55,076 bases of DNA from Blastocystis sp. subtype 4 (taxonomy: Eukaryota). Below are positions 11,932-23,940 of the stretch, piece after piece. Location: assembly GCF_000743755.1 (NCBI RefSeq), contig NW_014569515.1:1-55076 (forward strand), read 5' to 3'. The stretch's first letter is position 1. Every line of letters starts with the position of its first letter. The translations under genes were made by a program, and so were the position numbers. A model generated the notes under the pieces. It was not told the origin of the DNA and made no database searches. It saw nothing but the letters and a program-made list of their open reading frames with translations.

Positions 11932-12680
11932 ATGCGTGCGAAGGTTCCTGTTGTAGAACATCCTATATTGAATTCACTGAATAGGAAGGAAAGGGAATTA
12001 AACTTATCAACTTTGAACTCGAACATGTTCCTCTCTATGAGGAATGGTACAAAGATAAGCAATTACTAGGTAGGTACAGTGATGCTACACTATTCTGTGT
12101 AGAGTTGACTGCAACGGAACCAATGGACCATGATAGTCTTGTTACCAGTCAGGCTATGTACGCCTATGATGATGACAGTTATATTTATGAATTCGGATGA
12201 GATGTAGAGATTGCATTCATGATCACTGTCAAAGATGAGGATGGCAAAGATCGTATAATAAATGCATATACTGAACTCTTAGGTGTGGTGGGGGACTGCT
12301 CTCTCTTTGTTGACATCGTTGACGATCGTAGCAATGGCTAGATAATGATTCCATTAGGCGATATGGGAGAATTCAATGTAATGATTGCCGATAAGAAGGA
12401 TCGACGCAAAGGTTATGGGTATTACTCTGTTCTTCTTGTGTTGATGTGGTGTATGATTGTTTTAGGTTGCTTATGAGCAGGTAATCGTTACTTAAAGTTG
12501 AAAGACTTCTTTGTAAAGATCAACAAGGATAATATTCCTTCGATCAAGATGTTTGAGAAGATTGGCTTCACATTTTATCATTTCAACCATCATTTTGATG
12601 AAAACGAGTATCGACTCGTCATTACAAATGACCTAAGCAAGCGTTGGATTATGGAACTGGGACTTCCAATCAAGATGTAG
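11932..12680 (+). CDS. NAT9: GNAT acetyltransferase, NAT9-like
   Basis: EHVPLYEEW..LLELTATEP, GDCSLF, GEFNVMIA..RRKGYG, VKINKDNIPSIKMFEKIGF. Confidence 0.85.
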
Positions 12681-12763
12681 TGTGCTTTTAGCAAATTGAC
12701 TGTTTGTTTGTTTTTAAGGATTCCTTATAGTTCTTCACAGAAAAAGAAGTCCTGGTATTGTTG

Positions 12764-15092
12764 ATGAAGAATCAGGTACGAACAGTTTTCTTGGGTGACC
12801 GTATGGTATTTTAGAAGTATTCGCTAATGGATAGCCCATTGTGGAAAGACATCGATAATCAATACGATCAACACAAATGAATTTCAGGAAGGACTTCCAG
12901 ATGTAATTGAGGAAGTAGCAATTCCAAATGAGTTTACCATTTCTCATGTTCCTCTATTCCTTGACGACAGTTCTGGTTTTCGTGTTAGTTGCATTTAATA
13001 TTCTAGTTCCAGTGTCAGAGAGTGTTGAACGGGCCGACCTGATTCGTCTTGTAGGATTTTGGTGGGTGAGTTGACTGAAGGCGGATGCCATAGTCGTTGT
13101 AATTGACGCTTCTAATGAAGCATCGTACGATAGTCTTTTTTCAAATTGGATGCCATCGATACTCAAAGTCTCTCCTTCCGTAGGTGAAGACCGAATTGAT
13201 AATGTGCAGAAACCAGTTCTTGTTGTTGCAAACAAAGTGGATCTTATTGAAGAAGATGAACAGAATCTCAAGTTGGAACAGGTCCTCAATCGAGTTCTTT
13301 CTGAGTATCTAGTAGGGAGTTTCTATTATCAGGTAATGAATAGAGTGTTGAAGTTTGCTTGAAGTGCTCTGCTAAGACAGCTATGAATCTGGATAAAGTT
13401 CTATACTATGCAGAGAAATCTGTGATATTTCCTATTGCCCCTCTATATGACAGAGCCACTCATGTATGTCTTATTGACAAAGTTGAGGATAGATGCTTCA
13501 AGAACCTTTAAAGTGTATTCTTCGAAGGATATTCCGTGTTTTCAATCGTAGTCGGACACTTGCTTTGAGTGATGAAGAATTGAATGAATTCCAGGTCCAT
13601 GTGTTTGTCTCTTTTCAATCTAGTATTCTTGTTTCAATACGCGCATGTCTGCTTCAGAGATTACCAACTTGAAGCGTGTCCTTCTCCAACAAGGTGGTGA
13701 ATCATGTATTGACATCGCCACTAATGGAATTACTGAAGAAGGTTTCATTCATTTGATGCAGTTATTTGTGATGAAGGAGCATACTGAAACTGTCTGGATG
13801 GCATTGCGTTATTGTGGTTATTCAGATGATCTGGAACTGGACATGGAAATACCAGTCTTTGATCTGAAGAAGGATCAGAGTGTCGAGTTTACTGCTGAAG
13901 CTCGAATCTTCTTGACTTCAGTAGGTGACAGAGGAAGGATGATCAGCTAGTTGTTCAAGGCCTATGATCGAGAGAAGTCGGGAGTACTGACACAAGAGGG
14001 ATTATCTCGTGTTTTTGCTCCTGTATTGGGGAACAAACCATTATGGGTGTCATTGGCTGCAGAGAAGCGAGAATAGTGATGATAATGGAACTGTTTGATG
14101 TCTAGTATGCAACCTGGTTGTCCGATGAACTGTTTTTCAAATGAAAACAATGATATTACTCTCTCAGGATGGTTAAGTGAATGGATTCTCATGCTTCATA
14201 TTGCTCCAGAAGAGACACTGGCAATGATGGTGACTCTTGGATATTCAGATGATCCATCGTTACTGTATATCGTGACTAAGGAGAAGAAGGATGATTGGGA
14301 GAAGTATCAGATCTTGCGTAGAAATGTCGTTCATGCTTTTCTATTTGGGAAATCTGGTGTTGGAAAGGTTACAATTTGATCTTCTATTAATTGATAGACT
14401 ACGCTTCTCCGAAGGTTACTGCGAGCTCCTCAAGCCGCTCAACATATCCCTACAGAGCAGTTATCTACAGTGGTGGCTCCTGTGAAGCCTCGAACCCAAA
14501 AGTCAGATGAGAAGATTGTGATAATGACCGAAGTGCCATCACTTTGTGAAGATCATGCCATTTACGACTGTATAGACAAGTGTGATATTGCCTGTAAGAC
14601 AAAGAGAGAGATTTGAGCCTAGGTCTGGTGTTTGATGCAAGCGATCCAGAATCCTTCGTGTATGCTACCCAGCTACAGAAACGACTTCCTCAAGGAATGA
14701 AGGTGTTGTATATTGCAAATAAGAGTGACAAGAATAAGGTTGATTTATGGAATTGGAATTATTCTCAGGAATATGAAACAACAGAACTGTGTAAAACGGC
14801 TGCTTCCTTCTTAAATGACTGTGGTCTGGAACTGCCGCTTTTGACAAACATGACTGTGAAAGATCGTTTGTTCCCCGTTCTCTTTGATTGTGCTGTCTAT
14901 CCGTTGGTGAATGGATTTGGATTGATGTCTAGAGATATCTGTGTGCCCAAATGTGAAACTCTCCAAGTGCGGAAATCCTCTGTCTTTTGGAAATTCACAG
15001 CATTTGCAATGATTTTGGGATTGAGTAGGAGAGTTTGATATGAATTATGTTTAGTTGCTGGAGGCTTGTTCATGTACAAGAAACGCCATTAA
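12764..15092 (+). CDS. MIRO: Mitochondrial Rho GTPase Miro/Gem1
   Basis: GTPase 1 (GDPHCGKTS, NKVDL), EF-hand region (LSDEELNEFQ), HTETVWMALRYCGY, GTPase 2 (GKSGVGKT) and a C-terminal TM anchor ending MYKKRH*. Confidence 0.93.
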
Positions 15093-15102
15093 ACCAGAGT
15101 AT

Positions 15103-15867
15103 TTACTTTTTCTTTGTTGAACCAAATCCTCCAAAACCCATCACCTCCTTCATATGTTTGGTTTCTTCATCTTCTTCTTCCTCTTTCTCCATTCTACATC
15201 TAAAACACAAGAGTCTAAACCAACGCCTTTTCTTTTTCCTTTTGTTCCCTTTCGAGACGTTCCTGTTTCTCCCTCAAATACACTACATCACGAATCACAC
15301 ACCTCTGGTACATTCTCGAGCCGAAACCTTTGTCTTTCCGCTCTTTAATGATTTTAGCTTCTCTTTAACAGCACTTACATCAACCTGTTCCACTCGAACG
15401 AGATGACCAAGATGCTGTTGATCTATATATCATTTACATACTGAACAGCTACGTTTACGACCATTGATATGATCCAGCCACGATTTGTTATCTTTTAAAC
15501 TGCATTTGCACACATCACACCAATAACCACCCAATTCACTTTCCTTCGTCGAGTCCATGATAATCTAGAGATCAGATTCCTTTGACACATCAACTCGCAT
15601 TTTCCCGACATCACGATCTAAATCCAGTTTACGCTCACGAGCCTGAACAAAGGTAATCTCCTTTCCATCTGGGCTTATATAGGTAGTTCCATTCTTCTTC
15701 TTCTTCTCTTCAACAACTGGTGGCACAGGATTTCCCGTCTATTCATAACAACTAGAACCATTTAATACTCGTTTTAGAGACGTTGCGTTTTCCGCAGACA
15801 ATTGGGTTGTTTCGACGGAATCCTTCGTCTATTTCGTTACTTTCCTCCTTTTTCTCTCTACACTCAT
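15103..15867 (-). CDS. ZMAT2: Matrin-type zinc finger protein ZMAT2/Snu23
   Basis: GGYWCDVCKCSLKDNKSWLDHINGRKHQQHLG, C-terminal MGFGGFGSTKKK. Confidence 0.9.
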
Positions 15868-15940
15868 TTGTCACAAGGAAGAGCAAAGAATGTTGTTCGA
15901 ACAAACAAGCCAAATGAAAGAGGTGTTGGAACCTGCATCC

Positions 15941-16378
15941 TTAGTTCTCGAAGGCACGGAGAATATCCGAATCACCAGCATCGGTAATCGTAACAGCAGA
16001 GACTCCAAAGTACTTTCCACAAGCAGTACCAAGATCCATACAGCTTCCCTGATAATGGTGAACGGTAGTCTTGGAGAGCATAGCATAATACTCGAGCTCG
16101 GACTTTCTCAGAGGAGAGCAGTTATTAGCAACGAGAATCAGCTTCGCTAGATATTATAAATCATTCTGTTGCCTCACCCTTTCCACTGCGGACGCACTTC
16201 AGAACTGATTTGTATCCGAGCTGGAACTTTCCACTTCTGGCAACGAGCTGGAGCTTGTTGTTGATAGAATCATTATTCTTCTTCTAAAAACCACCGATTA
16301 GTGACGATGCTCAACACTCATAAAAACAACAAACAACGTGGTCATATTCCCTACAGAACCCTTGGTGGCAGCAGGCAT
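15941..16378 (-). CDS. RPL30: 60S ribosomal protein L30 (eL30)
   Basis: [21 protein letters not shown]...[13 protein letters not shown]...[10 protein letters not shown]...DAGDSDIL. Introns at 16284-16354 and one of 31 nt. Confidence 0.97.
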
Positions 16379-16759
16379 GGTATTTCTTGATGCAAAGGAC
16401 CTCTTTTCTGTGACAGGAAATGAAAACTTGAAGGGTTGGGGCATAAATGAATTGATGTATTTTCGATCTGCTATTACTGATTTATCGATTCATTGTTTGA
16501 AACATTAGAAAAGTCAATTGAACAGGAGGTATTATTTATTAGTACCCTTTTTTGGGTATTACAAGGGTTGACAAGGTTAGACTAACAATGATACGAAAGT
16601 GAAGAGTATCTCATATTGATCGCTTCTACAAACTTCTATGAGTCTTGTATGTTTCCTGAAAGAAAATAAGAGCAATCTATCAAAACGTGGAAACTGGACG
16701 AAGACAAGCAATGACCATCAGTTGCTGGTGATACTTCATTATTTGTTTTATTTGTTAGT

Positions 16760-17939
16760 ATGTCCATTTTGAGAACTCAGAAACTTGCGCGTTGTATGTA
16801 TTCTACCCGAATTCTTGATGGTTGGAGAATCAATGAGAAGCAGATTGAAAAGGTAGGCATGGAAAGAGTGTATTCCTGGGTAGACTGCCCTTCGTCTTCA
16901 TCATATCAAACAGGAAACGGGTGTTGTCCCTGGATTAGCTGTGTTACGTTTCGGCTATAATGCTGACGCCGAACGATTTATTGAAAAGAAAAGAAAACTT
17001 GCGCTTCGTTGTGGAGTGGATCTCCATGACTACACCTTTGATGCCTCCTGCAAAACCGAAGAGGTTCAGGAGAAGATCCGTCAGTTGAATAAGGACCGTT
17101 CAATCCATGGAATTGTAGTGAAGTGTCCTCTTCCCTGTATGAATTGTTAGTAATGATGTGATGCATAGCGACCATTAACCAAGAAGCCATTCTTTCCACC
17201 ATTAGTCCTCTCAAGGATGTTGATGGATGTTGCAATACTAATGAAGGCCGTCTTTTGAAACTTGGCGAGAACAAGCGACGAGCCACAGATCTTGGCAAGG
17301 CTGATGATATTCACTACTTTAACGTACTTGAGAAGCGTCGAACTGATCGATAGATGGTCAATCTTCCTACTTCAGCTCTAGCTACGTTGTGTTTCATTGA
17401 ATCCTACAAGCTACCGCTGGAGAAAAAGAAAGCAACGGTCATTGGACGAAGCAATAGTGTTGGTCTTCCCATTGCTCTGCTTCTGACACACAAGGATGTT
17501 ACATGTCAACTATCTCATAGTACATCGGATATTACTCCTGATGCACTGAAAGATGTAGGTGGAATGATATAACAGTAATGTGTAGTCAGATTATGTGATT
17601 TCCACTCAGGGCTCTCCTATGAAGATCAAGGGAGAGTATCTGAAACCAGAATGTACAATTATTGATATCGGGACAACATATGCCTCTACAGCTACGAGTG
17701 GTAAGAGAAGGAAACAGTAATGATATGTAGATGAGGTTTTTGGAAGTGTGGATGTTGACACCTGCTGCAACATAGCTGGCAACATCACTCCTGTCCCTGG
17801 TGGTACTGGAATGCTGTCATCCATTATGCTTCTTCAGAATACAATGAAGGCAATGATCTTACAAGAAAACATGCTTCCATTGTATGAGAAGATGGGTGGC
17901 AAATTAAGCTACTATCAGTCACTTCTCAATCACTGTTAA
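16760..17939 (+). CDS. Methylene-THF dehydrogenase/cyclohydrolase (FolD-like), probable organellar presequence
   Basis: ILDG, PGLAV, LNKDRSIHGI, KDVDG, VIGRSNSVGLP, IIDIG, ITPVPGGTG. Arg-rich N-terminus. Confidence 0.88.
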
Positions 17940-18205
17940 AAGGAACATATTTGCGCGTTTCCTCTCTTTCTAGTTCTCTTGCGCTTGAGATAGTTCACCT
18001 ATCCTTATCTCCGATTGTTTTTTGGGATTATACTAGAAGAAAGCAGTTAGATGATAACTCTGAATGGCAGGTACCCACTCCATCAACATAACCTCCATTC
18101 AAATTCCATATCAACATTTTTTTCTATACCACCATACAATACATCCACTTCCAAATACTTACTTGCCACAAACAATATAATTGTTCCCAATTATCTATCA
18201 TTTTC

Positions 18206-20280
18206 ATGAACTCAGAACGAGAAGTTAGTATCACGGTTGATAGGAAGTACAGTTGAAAAGAATATGAGATTCAGAGGAACATGCATATGGACAAAAAATG
18301 AAGGCAGTGAAGTCTACCAAAATGAAGAAATCGGGTGCTTCATTGTAAGCAAAGACTTTCGTATGCCTTTACGATCACCAATTGCGGGAACCATTGCAAC
18401 AATTCTCTGTCGAGTACTAATGATGTACTGAACTAATGAATAGGGAGAACAGGAAGTTGATGGAACAGAACAAGAAGCTCCTGTGGCAACGATAAAACAA
18501 TGTTTCCATGCAATTGTTATGAATAACATCTGTCTTAATTGCCTGGGAGTAACTATAAGTGGACAAAATCACGACTAGCTTGTTGATAACGCAAAACTTC
18601 AATTATATAAACAAATTATAACCTATGATGGATGTGTTCAATACCTCCAAAAGGATTACTATGGTACAATAACGATTGGTTGACGATCTGTAGAAAGTGA
18701 ACGTTTGAATATCCAAAACCGTCTTTTAAGAAATCATAAACTTGGCTTAGTGTTTGATTTGGATAATACTCTTATGGAGGTAAGGTTGGCTTATTTCATT
18801 TACTGTAGCAAACAGATGACCTTCATTGTATTGAAGCAACCAAATTTGGCATTCCAGACGTGTTATCGTTTGCAATTGTACTAATACATAGAAACCTGAT
18901 TCATTTTATCCATAATGACCGTCCAACAGAATTGGTAGTGATGCTTCGACCTCATATAGTTCCTGTTCTAACCGAACTCACCAAGTATTTTGATCTGTCA
19001 GTTTACACAGTATTAACTTGGATTCACCCAAAACATAGAATGGTATTCGTGAATATGCCGTTGAAGTTGTCCGATTGATCGATCCCCATGGAACTCTCTT
19101 TGGAAATCGAATCATCGCTCGAAATGATATTCCAGAGAATATTGAGAAGTTGGGGTTTACTAACGCAGAACCATCTTCCAAAAACATGCAGTTCGTGTTA
19201 CCAGGATATGATACAATGGGAGTCTCTGTAGATGATAATGTTTGTGTCTGGAAGGACCAACGCAATGTTATCATGATTCCGCGATTCGAGTTTTGGCGCT
19301 ATTATCGGAATTGCATCAATCGTCTCCTTCTACATCAGATTACAGATGAAACTCAACGTCGCCTTGAGAGTAATCCTTTTAATCCTATATCATAGATAGT
19401 GTTCAATGCAGTTGGGAAAATTGTCAATGGTGCCGATATGGATACAATTCTCAATACTCTCATTTTAATTCATCGTGAATTCTATAATCTAGTTCATGAA
19501 ATGGTATGAATGGGTTGAGATTATTCTGTAGGATGCTACCAAAGTAACTCATTCGACAGGAGAGGTGATTAACCATATTCGATCCAGTGTATTGAAAGGG
19601 AGAATGATCTTCTTCGATGGATCTCTACATGATGAATTGGCTAATCCCATTAACCATGAATTGCATGAGAAAGTTCGTCAATTAGGTGGGAAGTATCACA
19701 CTATAATAATGATAATAAGTAGAATTGCTGATGTATTATCTGAATCAGTCTCTCATATTGTATCTAAAGGAGATAAAACAGATTTGACTATGAATGTATA
19801 TATGCTTGATTTCATTCTCTCTAGTACACGAAATACCCACAATATAAGTTTGTAAGTGAGAGTTGGATTTATGCTTGTTTCACATTCATGGGACCTATGT
19901 CATCAAAGAACTATCCTGTACGTGGAATTGAGGGCTTTTCTAACGAGTCAACTGCCTCTACAACTTCATCTGTCACTTCAAATTCCGTTGTCCCGTCAAT
20001 CTCACCTGCATCCTCTCCAATTCCGCCTGTCACTACTTCCACTCCACCAGCAATGGATCCTGATTTGGAAGACTTGTTATCGGATAACACCGAATCAGAT
20101 TGCTCTCCTCCAGGAGAAACCATCCCTGACGAATCATCTCGACTGAAACGAACAAATCGAGATAGAGATAGAGATCGTGGAAAGGATGTGAATAAAGAGT
20201 TAGTGCATCATTGGAGGATAAAATATAGGTTGTCGGAAGAACAGAAACGGGAAAAGAGGAAAAGAACTCTTTTGGATTAG
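18206..20280 (+). CDS. FCP1: RNA polymerase II CTD phosphatase FCP1-like with BRCT domain, start approximate
   Basis: KLGLVFDLDNTL (DxDxT), LRPH, VYT|NGIREYA, IDPHGTLFGNRIIAR, VDDNVCVW, C-terminal BRCT-like region. Confidence 0.88.
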
Positions 20281-20292
20281 AGTAGTGTTAAA

Positions 20293-21621
20293 ATGCTTCC
20301 TTCTTATTTCCTTTTCATACTTGTTTGTGTGTTAAGCAACCAAGAAAACGATGCTATTGTGTTAGACTCTGAGTCGAATGCTGGTACACTCTCTACGCAA
20401 TCCGTATGTCATTAGTTGTGTATTGGTATTAGATAGGTCGTTAAACGGGGTCTGGTTAGTGATATCGTCACCCAAGCTTCTATTCTCTCTGAAAACAACC
20501 GCTATTTCCAAGATACAAAATTTAAAGCATCAGGAGATATTCCAGTCCTCGGATTTGTTACTCCATGGAATGGTCGTAGTTCCTTGTTATATCTATCACA
20601 TTCCAGATGGATATGATATTGTAAAGACCTTCTACAACAAGTTTACACATATTAGTCCTTGTTGGTTCCAAATTCGCAGGTATAAGTGCCTGTTATATCT
20701 TATTTAGGAATTCCGCTGGATCTATTTATGTTGCAGGAGATCAGGATGTGGATCAGGACTGGATTCAAAGTATCAAATCCAAATGCGTGGATCACTGTCC
20801 TCTCATCGTTCCTCGATATGTATGGGAAGCAGAAAAGTTCGAATGGAATGTAAATGCTTTAGAAATGTTGAAGGATAGGATCTATCCTCTCTGAGCTCAG
20901 TTATTGCTGATAGTTTAAATCAGTATCAATTTGATGGTTTTGTCTTTGAACTTGGATTCGCAGACAGTATTCTACCTATTCTGTACGATCTCCGAGAAAC
21001 GATTGAAGAAAAGGAAATGATTCTTGTTGTTCATCCCCAGAGCTGTATTTCTGACTTTTTTCCATGATGGGTAGTATCTGTAATGAAGCAAAACGTTATG
21101 TTTATGACCCAGCTGAATGATTTGGTGGATTATGTGATTCTGATGACCTACGATTATAGTGTCCATCAAGGACGAAGTGGACCAAATGCTCCTATTGAGA
21201 TATCCTTTCGTATGTCATTGTTGACTCCTTGATCACACTTCTATAAGAATACTGTGAAGAATTACTTGAATATTGGAAATAAGGAGAGTCGGAGAGATTC
21301 TCTAGAGCATGTCTTATTGGGAATTCCGTTCTACGGATACGACTCGTCCGAAGCAGTGACAGGGACCCAGTATATAGATGTATTAAAGAAATACTCAGTG
21401 ACTATTAAATACAATGCTAAAGCTAAGGAGCATGTCACCAAGTAGGTCTGAGATGAAGAATATCAAGTAGATATCTTGATAAGGAGAGTAAACTTCACTC
21501 CATTTATTATCCATCGCTTCAGTTCATCCAAGAAAGAATTAACCTGGCCAAACAACTTCAGTGTGGTATTTCAATCTGGGAATTGGGTCAAGGACTCGAC
21601 TATTTTTATGATCTATTGTAA
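20293..21621 (+). CDS. CHID1: Chitinase domain-containing protein 1 (GH18, CHID1-like)
   Basis: Signal peptide, [54 protein letters not shown]. Confidence 0.93.
21200..21238 (+). other. U12-type AT-AC intron (39 nt) in CHID1
   Basis: 5' ATATCCTTT, branch-like TCCTTGAT, 3' CAC. Removal gives in-frame PNAPIE|FYKNTV. Confidence 0.85.
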
Positions 21622-21628
21622 TTTCCAT

Positions 21629-21651
21629 TGTTTGTTAAAAAGGAACAAACA
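21629..21651. terminator. Opposed polyadenylation elements of CHID1 and NOT2
   Basis: TGTTTGTT at 21629-21636 on + and AACAAACA at 21644-21651. Confidence 0.85.
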
Positions 21652-21655
21652 ACCC

Positions 21656-22775
21656 ACTTTGGTATCTTCTTAATGAATTCATTGAGTTCATTCACAGATA
21701 AGAGTTCATTGATTTTAAATACCTCACTACATGTCGTAAATGACCAGCTACTTGGCACAAATACTTCTCCACAGTTAATCACAGCATAATTAGCGGATGT
21801 CTTTTCCTTTCTGTACCATATCTTCTTCGATTTGTGATAGACAAATTCCCGCGAATAAAGCTCCTGTGCAGCTAACAACTATTCATGATCTCGTCACTAT
21901 TCCTCTACCTGTAAAACATCCCGAGGCATCGAATAAAAGATGTACAAAAGCAAAGATGTCTGCAAATCAATGAGCAAAACTAATGGATACACTGAAAGTA
22001 TGAATATGATTTACAGACACCTTTGGAGAAGGGAAGGAATAATTAGGAGACAAAACATAATTAAAATTCTGAACAGGGTCCACACGACCAAAAGCAACAC
22101 CAGCATACAACTTATAGAAGATCTGTTTCTCTTTCATTTCATCTGAGATTCGATCGGCACTCGCTAATTTGGGGATATAACTGTTTGAACCCATAGGAAC
22201 GGTTGGTCGACTTCAATTAACACTTTGAAAAATACGTACTACGATTGTGGTGTGTTCATTCCTTTGGAATCTAAATCACTGCCCTTTTGACTTCCTCGTA
22301 CATATGCTAGAACTCAACCACCTACCATCTATCATACACTGCACATTCCCACGGCCTGATTGTATCGTTCCATACGTATACCCTCCATCCATATCCTACA
22401 AAATGATATCAACAACCCTAAAGGTACATCACCAGCGCTCATAGCCATACCCCGATCTAATAATAAAGATATTCAAATTCAATATACCACCAACGGATGA
22501 ACTCCACACTCCCATTCCTTGTTGATGCAAAGCACGGTTTTGGCTACTATCTACACGCTTAGCAATTCTGTTTACAATTCAAGTACTTCCCATGGCAGAC
22601 GTATTATATCTGGAACCTAAAGGTTAATATAAGATATAATAGACCATACTTGACATTGTCCGATTTGAATAACCAACTGGAAGCTTTTCTATTCATTAAT
22701 GGTTAAATCTGAATCGATACCACGTGATGAATACCCCAACGGGGTACCATACTGATCATAGTGCATATCAGCCAT
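21656..22775 (-). CDS. NOT2: CCR4-NOT subunit NOT2-like; stop predicted to be completed by poly(A)
   Basis: NOT-box LLLYIFYSMPRDVLQ|LAAQELYSREFVYHKSKKIW and a G/Y/M-rich low-complexity N-terminus over many small exons. Confidence 0.8.
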
Positions 22776-22897
22776 GTCTAATGACTCTTGGAGTTGCCGT
22801 GACAAGTAAAAAGAAACTAACGAAAGGGAAGACTTCTCACTTCCTTTTTGTGATAGAACTAAAATCACACCCATTTCTGGAACTCACTTGAATTGTC

Positions 22898-23620
22898 ATG
22901 GAAGAGGAAACAGACTTGGGAGGTCTTGATGAAGAGAGTCGGCTTGTCCTTCTGACTGGGAGAGAGTACACTCAACCAGGATCTGTCGTTTCCAATTGTA
23001 TTCTATTGATTGGAAGTCCTGAGGGAGAGTGTGGTAAATGCACTAAACCTTGTCTTCATCCGTTGGCAACGGACGACATCAAGGCGTATTTCCAAGTACG
23101 ATCTTATTTTCTGTCTTTCGAACCTTGTAGAATGCTAGTGTTCAAAATATTGATTGGCTTGATGATACTGCATGTATTATCATCTGTGAGAATCCCACCT
23201 CTGTTAATGGATTACTTGAGATGTATTTTGACAAAATTTTGTGTGTCTGCATGAATTCTGTCACCTTTAGTTCAGAAGAGAGCGGATTAGAATGGTACAG
23301 ATCTAAAACTAAAGTAGAAAAGCTTCGCGAAAGTGATTCCTATGGAGAGAAAGGAAATTCAATCCACATCTATTGTCGGATATGCCTCTCAAGTGATATC
23401 GAGAGGTTGCAGAGTATGAAATATTGAGTGAGATTCATGGAAAGATCTTCGCAAAGCAAAAATGGTGAACAACATCATTAAACGACGTAAAGAACTACAA
23501 AATGCAAAGAAGAAAACCAAAGCTAAAAAGAATAAACGGAAACGACAGAGAATGAAGAAGCAACTTGCTAAAGAGCAAGAAAATACTTCTGCTGTCAAAG
23601 AGGGGGATCCTGAGACTTGA
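22898..23620 (+). CDS. NCBP3/DUF2414-like RRM protein
   Basis: LATDDIKAYFQ|NASVQNIDWLDDTACII resembles the NCBP3 T.D..AYF...I.WLDDT motif. Basic tail, TGA at 23618-23620, then TGTTTCTT. One internal junction not resolved. Confidence 0.6.
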
Positions 23621-23940
23621 GATGAATTGTTTCTTGTAGAGAAGTAGTTTTCTTCTGTAAACAGCACAATGCGGACAAGGATAGATAAAAGACTATTCGA
23701 TATCGTTGTGAATCAAATACATACAATGATAGAGATAGTTTCAAACATAGTACCAATTGGCTAGTAACATCAATCTTTCGAACCACACTTATCAGCTTCC
23801 ATTTAAACCTGTGATATTCCAATTATGAATGGAAAGATGAATTGAATGTTTCGGAATGCCACAAGTATTCAAGTATAATTAGTCCATATTTCTCACTTTC
23901 GTATCAAATGGCGCAAACTACATAACTGAAGTCAATGGAC

